A DNA stretch of 64,000 bases, taken from Nymphaea colorata (lineage: Eukaryota). The position numbers and the translations under genes were made by a program. This document shows, one piece after another, positions 13,561 to 24,493 of this stretch. The stretch spans positions 41,168,001-41,232,000 of the forward strand of contig NC_045138.2 in NCBI RefSeq assembly GCF_008831285.2, read 5' to 3'. Each line of letters begins with the position of its first letter. The first letter of the stretch is position 1. The notes under the pieces are model-generated. The model was not told where the DNA came from. It saw only the letters and a list, made by a program, of their open reading frames with translations, and ran no database searches.

Positions 13561-16359
13561 AAAAACTGGCTCCGAAAAACCTATCGGAGCCAGTTTACTT
13601 CATTTTCATATTGATGCATGCTCATTTATACATGACATGCCCTTAAAAGATACGAGCGTTCTTAAAGGCAGAGAGAGAGAGGGAGAGAGGTTTGACGCGC
13701 AACGTAGTTTGGATTTTACAATCCACTTTAGCTTCATTCAGTCAAATGGCACGTCTTTAATGTGCTGCAAACCTCAAATTCAACTTTTTATTTGTCGTTT
13801 TCAACATTTGTCTTTTATGCTCACAAATATAAATTTGAACGCACTTTCAAACCTTCTTGAGTAAATCTAAAACTTTGAAAGTAGCACGCATGGTTGGTTG
13901 AAAGCTTTGGCTCTCAAATACTCATATAAAAGATCGTATGATGATTTTTGCAAGTTGGTATAAAAAAAACTGAAATAAATATTTAAAAAAAGCTAGAACG
14001 AATCTAACAAATGATTATAGCACTTGTACCTCATTAATTTGCTATATGATTAGAAAATGAGAGAGAAATAAAATCCTCAACTCAAAGTCTTGAAAAGATT
14101 TTGAATGTAGCAAATCTTGAAAATATTATCGAACACTGACCCATAAGATTGCCCAGTTGGGTAGTTGGGGAGCAAATGCCAGCGAGAAATACAAGGAACC
14201 AAAGGAAGGTTCAAAATCATTCACCTATTTGATGAAAAGACTCGACGGGTGGAAGCCAGTGTTGTCGATATCGGTCTCGTACCTTCAGATAGATTAAGTC
14301 ATTTTTTTTAAATGTTTTAAAATTTTATTTAAAAAATTACTTTTGTACTAATAACATCTAATTGCAATTAATACTCACTATACTAATCACTACCCATATA
14401 TTCTTTTGTTTATTATCTTTCTATTAATTTAGTTTATTTCATTTTTTTGAACAAAAAAGTTTTAAAAGGCTGCTTGATTTGACCTGTTTTTTCATTGACC
14501 CGTATTGTTAAAGTTGTCAACAGACCAGATATGAAATAAAATGTACCATGCGTTCACCATATTCAATTCATAACATGATGTGTACATATTCTGATCCAAA
14601 TACGAAATGAAGAAAAGTCATATATTATATCATAATCCGTTCTTTTCAAAGTTTCCAACATCAATCCAAACTAAATTTAACGTTTTAAAATTTACATCTG
14701 AATCCAAACCCAAAATCTAAACTGCATTATCATATGGACCGACCCTCAAAATGTATACAGATATTGGATATATGATATTCATTTACAACTGAATTCAAAT
14801 CCTAATTCAATTGGATATTTGTTCAAAACTGCATCAGAATGTATGATTGTTCTGGATATTTGTTCAAAACTCAAACTGCATTATCATATGTTTGAATGTT
14901 TTCCATGATCGCATGTTAAATGTTTTTCAGTTCGGTTGGATACCCGATCTGAATCCGATCCATTGACGTCTGTATTGTGAATTTTGGTAGGAGAGGTAGC
15001 TGAGCCTGTTAGCATTATTTAGATACATTTTTTTTTTATATAGTTATAGTAGCCTTTCAAGTTGCACTATTTTAGATATTAAAATCTAAAATATAGTTTC
15101 TATTCACTAAGCTATATTTTCCTTAGTAACGTCAAATGTTGATGACAACATGTAACGTTAGATCTATCGTTATTCTATTGATAATCTTTACTGAAGTTTC
15201 CTTGAACAGTTTTTAAATTTTAAATATAAAATCTATGTCTCTTGTTGATGATGATGATAAACTTTTGTTACTTGCTGGGGCAGCTGGGTAGGTAAAGGGT
15301 TGAGTGATTCAAACTGTATAATAAACGAGTCGAGTTCAAGTTTCGTGCTTTAAACGAGCCGAGCTCAAGTTGCCTAAGCTCGATTAGGCTCTTAGAAAAG
15401 CTAGGTAGAAACTTTTTCAAATACTTTTGTCAAAGTATTTGAAAAAAAAATCAAAATCAGATTTGAGGTCTAATGTGCGACTGACTGATCCATGATCCAT
15501 CAAACTATGCCTTAATCGTTGAATTGAATGGGTTTGCGGCCAATTCGATCTGGATCGGTTGATGAAAAGAAGTTCAAAAAGTTAAAAGACTGTTTCGAAA
15601 CTTGGGCGGAAAAAAAGAACTATCTCATCAATTAAAAAGTGACACACCTTGCCGTCTATGATCCAGAAGAATAACACGCATGAGATTCAGACTGACCTCC
15701 AGACTTTCACTAGCTCGCCAATATAATGAACTCGGCTCATGATATGACATGTAGCACCATTAAAAAATTATCGAACATGATAAACGAGTGGACTGGATAT
15801 AATTACCAGTTCTAGATTTGTCCGGACTGCTAATTAAGATTCGTACTTTTTTATTTAAAAATATAGTATTGGACCTATTTACCTCGTAAGGGCTTAGATT
15901 GTGGTTTGTATTTTATTAATCTTTGTCTAGGACGGCTTCCTTATCCTAAATTTGATTAACCGAAACTGAGTCAGATACTTAACTTTTTTAATTGGATCTA
16001 TGGTTCGGATGGAGGAACAATGAAGGAGAGGATAAAAGTACCAGTGTTTGGATTGTTTATTAAGGAGAGAAAAAAAAAAGGAAATCCAAAAAAGAAAAAA
16101 GGAAATGAAAGGAAAAATTTCAATCCCTTTGAAAGTAGAGAAATTGAGACGAAAAAAAAAAGGTTCTTTCTCCATTTGTTTTTCCTTCTTTCCTTCTCTA
16201 TTATTAATCTCTCTCTTTCATTTTTATTCCTTTTTATCTCCCTTTATTTTCTTCCATTAGTACGTTGTCAAAGAAAGGGGATTTAAATCCGGATTTGGAT
16301 TATTATAGCTATCCAGATCTGGTTCTGTTTAAATGAACAGACTCGATTGGGTTGGAACC

Positions 16360-16693
16360 CGATCCAAACTCTCTCTCTCTTCTCCCCCTAACACGTGGAC
16401 AGACGCCCGCTCATGTAGCATTCAGGCCACGTCCGGTAAGAGTCCCGGCATCAAATTCTCGATCAATCGACCTTCGGTGGCCCCTCCTCCTCCACCACCA
16501 CCAGCGTTTCGTGTCCAAGATTCGCCGCTACCTTTCCTCCACCACCACCGGAACCTTGGGTCTTATGGTCATGGGCGAAGCCAGGCACGTCTCACGACCA
16601 TCCGATTCTCCCCAACGCGGTCAGCTCCACTTTTTCCCGGCGTTCTTGTCCAAATCCCTGGGCGAATTTGCTACGTGAGCAGGCTTCAATCCA
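16360..16693 (+). promoter_or_regulatory. Homeobox gene proximal promoter and 5' leader
   Basis: CpG-rich patch with CT tract, G-box acacgtgg at about 16391 and (CCA/CCT)n runs, directly before exon 1. Confidence 0.55.
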
Positions 16694-16730
16694 ATGGGAA
16701 AAGTGGGGACTCCCCTCTGCACAACTTCCG
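16694..16730 (+). CDS. Homeodomain gene exon 1 (MGKVGTPLCTTS)
   Basis: ATG at 16694, donor GTATGG at 16731; phase 1 matches the exon 2 acceptor. An alternative start is the Met of MGSEEEK in exon 2. Confidence 0.6.
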
Positions 16731-19571
16731 GTATGGGTTTCACCCCCTGCCCATCTTCTCATGTTTTCCTGTTTCGTGGTGCAACCGTCAATTCATGGAA
16801 TTTAAGCAAGTTGGGTTCATTTCCTTTTGTCATTGTCAGAAGAATGTGCGCGTAATGTTCCATGGGCGGAAGTTTCACACCCCTCTTAGATTAGCGTTTC
16901 CTTTTGTTCGTTTGTTTGTTGTGAATTGTGGTTGAAATTTAATGATGGTTTACATTCTGGCTGATACACATTAATGTGCCTTTGTCATAGTTTTGTGGTC
17001 TTGGATTCATATTGAAGTATAATGTATGTTCTGTTTCAAAATGACAATTACTGATGTGGATCTTCCCAATTTGTGTGACGCAATTATTGACTGGAAATCG
17101 TTTCGGAGTGGAAGCTGTGTATGGCGAACTTTTGTGTAAATTCTAATGGATGACGTCCATGAGATTTCATTATGGAATTAAGGGACTTGGTTTGTGAAAT
17201 TCAGTGGCGGCAATTGTCTTGCATATAAGACGAATCGACAACAATAGTTGTTTGAGCTGTTTAAAATTGGTCTTTGGAGCACACTGATAGTGAGTTCAGT
17301 TTTTGTATGTTATCCAGAAGGAATTCTCAGTGAATTTGGTTTTTGTTTCGGTTTATAAGATGGGCATATCCTGGACCTCCTGTGCCAGGGTTCTGGGAGG
17401 GTCGGGCTAAGGTGGGTCCTAACCTTAGCTTTAGTAAATTGGCTGCTCGCAGGATGTGAGCTTGCTTCACACACAGGGACCTATGGATAATCAATTCACC
17501 AAGCAATGGCCGTCATTTTGGTTAAAGTCAAAATGTGCCATTCTAAGTTATGCGCCACACTTTAGACAGTTCGATGCTTGAGCACCACTTGTATGGTGGG
17601 ACGAACTAGTTAAGCAGGCAGATCATTGAAGATGACATAAAAAATGATGGGGTGGCCAAAACTATAATCAAAGTATTAATTATAGAGGCAATTCCATGTT
17701 TATGATTGGGGAAAATGGTGCCAACCATAGTGAATTTGCCCTGATTTTCATTTTGAGACCTTGGTTGGCTGGTGTTATTGAAGGGCTGCTGAGACGAATT
17801 AATCAAGGTTGCCAATAAAGACTTTCAAATCTAGCACAAAAATATAGATTCAAATGGATTTTGTGGGCCTGGTCGTGTTTCATACGTTTCCTGCTTCAAA
17901 TTGTAGGCCTGGAAAAGTTGCAATTGACAATTGATTAGTACAACTTCATTGTGTTCTTGTAACAATGTTAACCGGTTAATCATACTGAATCTCAGTCTGG
18001 ATCTTGATCTAGAGATCAAAGGAATTGTAGGTGGCAGGATGACAGCTGTGGCATTACCTTTTCCCTTTGGATATATGAGTCAGCTATGCTGCTTGAGTTT
18101 TCCTCTTGTGGTTGCTGTTCCAGTTCCTTGCATGGTTGGAAATATTGAAGTTGAATTGCTTTTTGTATCTCATGAATATAAGAGGCTATTCAGCTGCTAA
18201 AATGAAGTCTGTTTGGGCAATTTACTGTACTTTGAGAATGTCACTGCACTACTCTACTGCCTTCATTAGGTGCTTATGTCATGTTAAGTTTTTTGCTGTT
18301 AAATGGTGTGAAGTTTCTAATCCATGCCTGCTGATTTTTGTTGACTCTTTAGAAACATGTGATATGGGATCTGAAGAGGAAAAAGTCTCTCCTGTGAAGA
18401 GCAAGAAAAGAACATTGAAGACTGCATCTCAAATCGAAGCACTAGAAAAATTTTATGATGGTAAATATGCCTGAACTCCAGGTCTTAGAAACTTGCTATA
18501 CTATATCTTTATTCAGTTTCCTGTCAGAACTGATCTAGATTCTTTACTCTACAGAACATAAGTATCCATCGGAGCCTATGAAAGCACAGCTTGCAGAAAA
18601 ATTGGGTTTGTCTGAGAAGCAAGTTCAAGGATGGTTTTGCCATAGAAGGTCAAAGGACAAGAAGCTATCGGATGAAGAACACACAATTAGGAAAAATGAA
18701 CTCCAAAGTAGTGTGAATGATTGTGCTAGTGGTGTTAGGCATGACTCTTGCAGCAGCTCAAGGCAAGGAGAACACTTTTATGATTTCAAAGAGGTGGAAA
18801 GTCAGAGGTTCCAAAGCCAGGCATATCCATGTTCAGGTTCAGATCTTAGAAAGCGATATTTGCTTGCAAGAAATTTTAGTGTTGTGGATGATACATCTTC
18901 AGGAAGCAGCTCAGCATCACAAGATAAGTTGGACCCTGATAAGTATCTTTATGGCATGAAAAACGTGAGATATTCTTCTACAGATCATGGGTATGAAAAC
19001 ATGAACATAAAGGATAAACCAAGAGTGGAGTATATGCCAGTTTTGGATGCTCTCTATATGGATGAAGCAAGTGAACACCCTTCAATTCTAGCAGTCAAAA
19101 CTAAACTTGGAAAGATGTACCGCATGGATGGACCACCACTTGGCACTGAGTTCCAACCAATCCCTCCTTGTGCCTTTGATTCACCATTGAGAGACAATGG
19201 ACATGGTAAATGTGCATTCATTCTGGAAGCATGTGTCTTTTTTGTCTATGCTAGAGAAATTGTGACTAAGTCATGCATCATTGCTACTTCGACCTGGGTA
19301 AATCTGGAAAAGAATTTTTTACTGTTGATTTTTAAGATACCGACTATTGTATGTTATCAAAAACTGAAGAAAGTAGAATAAGACAATAACAGATGGAAGA
19401 TCATTGTCACCATTCACTTCAGTGTCAGCTTTGGTGCCTCTGGAGCTCCATTAAAATTGAAATGCAAAATTAGCTAGATGATGAAAATCTGATTAAGTGC
19501 CATCCAAACTGATATTGTATTATTCCCAAGAAATGTTATATGGTTTGTATCCATGGTGTGCTCTCTCTCTC

Positions 19572-19659
<88 letters not shown>

Positions 19660-21795
19660 CAATTGGAATCCACTAGACAACCTTTTCTATTTGTGAAAGA
19701 CACCTGGCAACTATCCAGTCATTTTTACTTGGTCCACTCCTAGTTGAGTGGGCTTGGGACATTTTTTTTTCCAGTTGTAGCATTGGAAGAGGCTGTCATT
19801 GCTTCTTCCGCATCCTTGTGACACACCTAGTACAAATGGTCAGCCTGAGAACTCCTTTTGATGGAACTCACCAGTAGTAAGTCTACCATGTCTGAACTAT
19901 ATGAATATTGCAAAATATTGTTTGATGCACCGTTTGCCATCATATTCTACATGTAAATGCACTTAAATTTCAGTTCTACAATTGACTGATAGAGTTTGTC
20001 CGAGACATCTTTTTGCTTTTTGCTTCTCCCTACGTAATCTAATTCTTCAGTAAGTTTCCTTCTTTGAGTTTTCAGTTTTCACTTCTTCTGAAACCTTCTG
20101 TCTAACATTTGGCTGAGTGTCTTATATTCTCTCTCACTTGCTTGACAGAGCCATATTATATGGGTGATTCTATCCAGCAGAGTTCCCAGAGAATGCCAAG
20201 ATCAAGGACTGATTGTCATGCTGGTAGGGTAAGTGGTTTTCTTTCTCTAAATGTCCTTGTTTTTAATGCATCTCTGGTAGAAACATTATGAATGTTCTTG
20301 TATGCATCAGCAAAATGTGTGACGCTTACTGTCACAGAAAATGACTCTGGAGCATAATTTTTGTTTGCTTTACCATCTAAGGAGCTTTTCCGTATTGGAG
20401 TAAATGGGCTTGCTCCAAGAGTTCTTATTTCATGTTTAAATTAGTTAAGTTGTTATCTCACTAGTTTTGTAATTCATTTTCTTCTAGCTGGCCGCTATAT
20501 ATGCCCTTGTTCTTATAAAATTTATTATATTGTGGTGCTTGTTTTTCATAATTTCTTGAATCAGATACATGTAAGAGCTGGGAATGCTTTCCATTCTAGT
20601 GATTCATGCTTAAGGGAATCAGGTCACATGGAAACTCTTCCTTCTCTATTCCTCCAAAAGTATGCATGTGATGCTCCAATGTGGAACCCTGCGAATCAAT
20701 TCAATCAGATGCCTGATCTGCACCCTGAAAAGCAGGTGGATGAATTTTCTGATAGTGAAGCATCAGAATTTATCAGCAATGAGTCAGAAGCCTGGTCAGC
20801 AGGTGGCATGAGAGGGATGCCTATTACCAATCCAGGTTACCATGACCATTCTTACAGTGGTAATGTCAATAAAAAAAGATCATCCTTCCTTCAGATCCAT
20901 CCTCACAAGGTCTTCGCGAATATGGCAGAGGATGAAGTGAACTCCACAAGAAAATTGAAGGTGTATTCAATAGTTTATAATTGCACCCTATTGAATGCTT
21001 TTCCTTTACATGATTGAACTTATTGATGCCTAGTTATTGAAGCTCTTCTCTGTCTGATCACTTCATCTGCAGAAAGAAAAGCTGCATGAAAGACCCAGAA
21101 TCAACAGAGAAAATGACTCCCCTGCTATATTAAGTTCAAATCTTGTGAGACGAAAAAAAAATGTAAGTTTTTCACAATCTTCTCTTATTCAGATACGTAA
21201 TGTGTTTTCTTACTAACCTTATTTTTGTCTTGCTTTCACTGGAATGAACAAATTAAAAGGGTGGGAAAATCCGTAAACAAGTGACTACACAAAAAACCGG
21301 TGCTGCTTTGGGTCAACAGAGAATAAAGCCAGTAAAAGGGTTAGTGGCAGCTTACTTTATTGACAGACTCTATTGCATGTTTTTTTTTTCTTTTTTTGAA
21401 ACTTGTCGTATTCTAAATACACTTGCTAATCTGAAATAAACTTTTCTAAGTGAGTTTACTAGTGATCTCCTCTATTGTCTTCATTTGAAACGGAAAGCTT
21501 TTCATTAAGTATTTCTAGTACCCGACCTCTAGTTGTTTATGTCAGAAAAAAGTATGGTGGAAACACTTGCAGTTCTTTATTATGATGGAGGGTAATGCAC
21601 ACCACCAAAATTTACTTCCTTGGGAACTATGGGAAACCCTCTCTGCCTGCTTAAACTCTATCATATGTAATCCATCATTTCTTGGAAGCATCAAATTGAT
21701 TGTTCTACGACTGGTTGTGCAGGTTTACGGGTGATATACCAACCAGCTTTAGTGAGGATGAAGCAGAATATACTGGCTCTTCTGTTGAAAGATAG
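16694..21795 (+). CDS. Homeodomain protein with RLT/RINGLET-like N-terminus, no DDT domain (resembles Arabidopsis At4g03250-type proteins); 8 exons, 504 aa
   Basis: join(16694..16730,18353..18460,18555..19205,20149..20228,20565..20960,21073..21162,21260..21339,21723..21795) = 1515 nt; all introns GT-AG and in phase. Homeodomain KKRTLKTASQIEALEKFYD-EHKYPSEPMKAQLAEKLGLSEKQVQGWFCHRRSKDKK; RLT-type motif YRMDGPPLGTEFQPIPPCAFDSP; C-terminus IPTSFSEDEAEYTGSSVER*. The At4g03250 similarity is from memory. Confidence 0.88.
17362..17510 (-). mobile_element. Possible decayed Au-like SINE in intron 1 of the homeobox gene
   Basis: GC-richer patch; its minus-strand 3' end (ccctcccagaaccct...ggatatgccc) resembles the Au SINE tail from memory; no clean boxes or TSD. 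Confidence 0.25.
18353..18460 (+). CDS. Homeodomain gene exon 2 (homeodomain N-terminal arm and helix 1)
   Basis: Acceptor ctctttAG, donor GTAAAT; ETCDMGSEEEKVSPVKSKKRTLKTASQIEALEKFYD. Confidence 0.9.
18555..19205 (+). CDS. Homeodomain gene exon 3 (helices 2-3 WFCHRR, DGPPLG motif)
   Basis: Acceptor tctacAG, donor GTAAAT at 19206; overlaps ORF 18578..19381. Confidence 0.93.
19561..19658. repeat. Compound (CT)n(AT)n(GT)n(AT)n microsatellite in homeobox gene intron 3
   Basis: Read directly from the sequence. Confidence 0.98.
20149..20228 (+). CDS. Homeodomain gene exon 4
   Basis: Acceptor ttgacAG, donor GTAAGT; EPYYMGDSIQQSSQRMPRSRTDCHAGR; phases fit both neighbours. Confidence 0.8.
20565..20960 (+). 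CDS. Homeodomain gene exon 5
   Basis: Acceptor aatcAG, donor GTGTAT; open for 132 codons within ORF 20532..21017. Confidence 0.8.
21073..21162 (+). CDS. Homeodomain gene exon 6
   Basis: Acceptor tctgcAG, donor GTAAGT; KEKLHERPRINRENDSPAILSSNLVRRKKN. Confidence 0.75.
21260..21339 (+). CDS. Homeodomain gene exon 7
   Basis: Weak acceptor ttaaaAG, donor GTTAGT; GGKIRKQVTTQKTGAALGQQRIKPVKG; its phase-2 end is what the last exon needs. Confidence 0.62.
21723..21795 (+). CDS. Homeodomain gene last coding exon
   Basis: Acceptor tgtgcAG; FTGDIPTSFSEDEAEYTGSSVER then TAG at 21793-21795. Confidence 0.8.
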
Positions 21796-23867
21796 TACTA
21801 GGTGAAAAGACGAGGATGGAGTTGCTTTCGTCATGTTGGTGGAGAAACTAAGCGGTTTGGAGAAATCAACTGTCTTGGTTACATGGAGTTCAACTAAATC
21901 AACTAAATGCATGCAGAAGATGGATGTCCATTTTCCTTCATCATTCTGACCTGTCACAGCTCAGGAATTCCATATTATTCATTGCTCGAGATCTCCACCC
22001 AAATTGAAATCATCTTTGCAGTTTGGCTAGAAATATTTTTCTGGGATGAATAACATGAAATGCCTCAGTAACTGGAAGGCATGCTCACCAAACGAGGGGT
22101 CTCTCAAGTCTCATCGAGATGATATTTAACATTCTCCGCCAATTAGAACTTTCAACCTGTTAGAAGCTGCTATGGTGTACAGGCTCTGTAAAGTTAGTCA
22201 GATGTTCGTGGAACAATGTAGTGTATGTCTTTATGAAGATTAATTTCATTGCTTGACAGCGGTGAAAATTAACCTGCTAGTGTAGCCAGCTGAGACTCAA
22301 AACGTGACAAAGGATTTTCTTTTTCAAAGTCCTTTCAGACTTCAGCGCCTTAGATACCAACATGATGCATAATCTAACATCAAGGTGACAAGAAATGCAA
22401 TGAGGCTCTTCAGAGATTGGAGACGACTGCCAACAAAGATCAGGAGGGTCACTAATGGTGGATCCGTGCATCTACTGCTGTAAAATTGCCTTCTAAAGTA
22501 TCTAGTCTGTTAACCACAGCACGGTTGAAGTTTGAACTCTTAAGGTGTTCCCGCTCAGTTGTGAGAAAGATGACCTGTAATTATTTTTCCAATGATAGAT
22601 TACTGAAAGATACTAATGTATTTTGAGTGTCAAACTTCTGATGTACCGAGACATCTATGGAATCCATCCATTGAATTGCCATCTGCCTGTAGATTTTCAG
22701 GTTTTTGTCAATATTGAGACTCGGGAACTCAGGTTGTTTTATCTTAAGTTGTGAATTCAACTGAAGAACTGTGGTGAATCTAATTCGACATAGATAGCAT
22801 TTTTTTTTCTCTTAATTTAGGAAAAACCTGCCGTCTTTTTCTCTTTTTGGTCAATGGGTATCACACCGTGAACCCAGTTTGATGATCTGATTTGACTGCC
22901 AAAATGTTAAAAATTATGTGACAAGGTACTAACTAGGCTTATTACAGTGACCATCCCTTGCAAATCTTTTAGACATGAAATTATGATCAATTCATTCTTA
23001 TGCATATGTTATTATTAAGAAGAAATAGTGTTTGTAGTATTGGGCCTTTAAGTCTGACAGTTGAGCATAACTTTAACAGTATTTGCAATTATCCGACTAA
23101 TATTCAGCTCATGTACCTGATCTAATTTATTTTAGCTTATTTCCCTTAGACAGAACCGATGAGGAGACAAGTGGCCCTATAACGCAGTTTTGGAGCTTCC
23201 GGCGCTGCTGTCAATCAGAATTGATGCGGAGAATCTTTCTCCTGAGCCGACCACTGCCATTGATGAGTACAGGCGAGCAGGGTGATGGTGAGAACGTTTC
23301 CTTCACAGGCTATGCCTCTGTTTAGACTCATGCTTATACTCTCATCGTACATGCATTCATGTATGGATAATACTGTACACTGATTATAGTTTAAGTATGA
23401 GTATTAACGTACAATCAATTGCTTAAGTACCTTCATTGAAAAATAATTAAAGAATTATCTAATGAACTAATTCCTCCTTATTATGCCATTAGTATTTATA
23501 CCAAAAAAAAGAGACAAGATTGAAGTTAAGTTGTGGTAGAGTGCGTATGAAAAAGGCAGAGAGAAAGATTAACACCCACCGGTGCAGGCCCCCCATTTTT
23601 TCCTACTTATATTGTTTTTCACTCTGTGATTAATTTTCTTTTGTTTTTCTTTTTGGACAGAATAATATACTTTGACAAGAAACCATGTGAGACAAATGAG
23701 GCCTAAAATTTTCAAAAAAGGGAAGTAAAGGCAAAACCAACGTTCTATAACAAGACAACTATATATTAAAAGGATTTTTTATGTGTGTGTGCATGCATGC
23801 ACACATGCTTTTGTCCCTTTTGTGTGTGTGTGTGTATGCATGCACCCAGGTATGTTATGTGTGTATC

Positions 23868-24017
23868 CTCATGTGTAGCTAGGGCTAGGCAATCCCGTAC
23901 TAGATTATGCCAAGATATACAAACTGTCAAGTTCTTGACCTATTTCTCTGTCTTCATGTGTAGCTAGGGATGGAGAATCCCGTACTATCTTGTAAAGCAT
24001 CAAATTCTTGACCAGTT
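23868..24017. repeat. Imperfect tandem duplication, about 85-bp period
   Basis: tcatgtgtagctaggg...aatcccgtacta...tcaa(g/a)ttcttgacc twice. Confidence 0.8.
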
Positions 24018-24377
24018 TTACCTCAAAGGTCTTATTCTAGTCGACAGTAGTGGAAGGATGAATCATCATCGATCACCAATTCTTTTGCTTACAAGATACA
24101 ATCGTTCAAAGAGCGAACGATCACTTATATTTTATTTTAGTGGAAAATTAAATTATGGCAACCTCACAGTGACGCAACTAGTCAACTTCTTCTTTTCTCT
24201 TTTCGTTTCATGTCTAATGAACATTAAATGAGCGAAACTTTTCCAAGATTTAGGTTGATAAGATCAGGCTGCCCTGAGGGCATGTTGAAGGTGCGTCTCC
24301 AATTCGAAACTCGAATATGAGCCTTGTAGCGTAAAGAGAGTGGGTTCTACATGCAAGTTGAAGAATGCAGTGATCTC

Positions 24378-24493
24378 ATTCCTTTGTACCATTGTAGCTC
24401 CGGACCATTCGGACAAAGGGAAAGAGAGAGACTTATTCCTTTGTACCATTGTAGCTCCGGACCATTCGGACAAAGGGAAAGAGAGAGACTTAT
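24378..24493. repeat. Perfect tandem duplication, 57-bp unit x2
   Basis: attcctttgtaccattgtagctccggaccattcggacaaagggaaagagagagactt at 24378 and 24435. Confidence 0.97.

Noticed and set aside
16333..16935. 200-aa ORF over the homeobox promoter and exon 1
   Set aside because: Runs through promoter, leader and intron in a different frame; no recognisable domain; explained by high GC.
24378..24493. CRISPR-like repeat
   Set aside because: Two adjacent units with no spacer, no cas genes, eukaryotic context.
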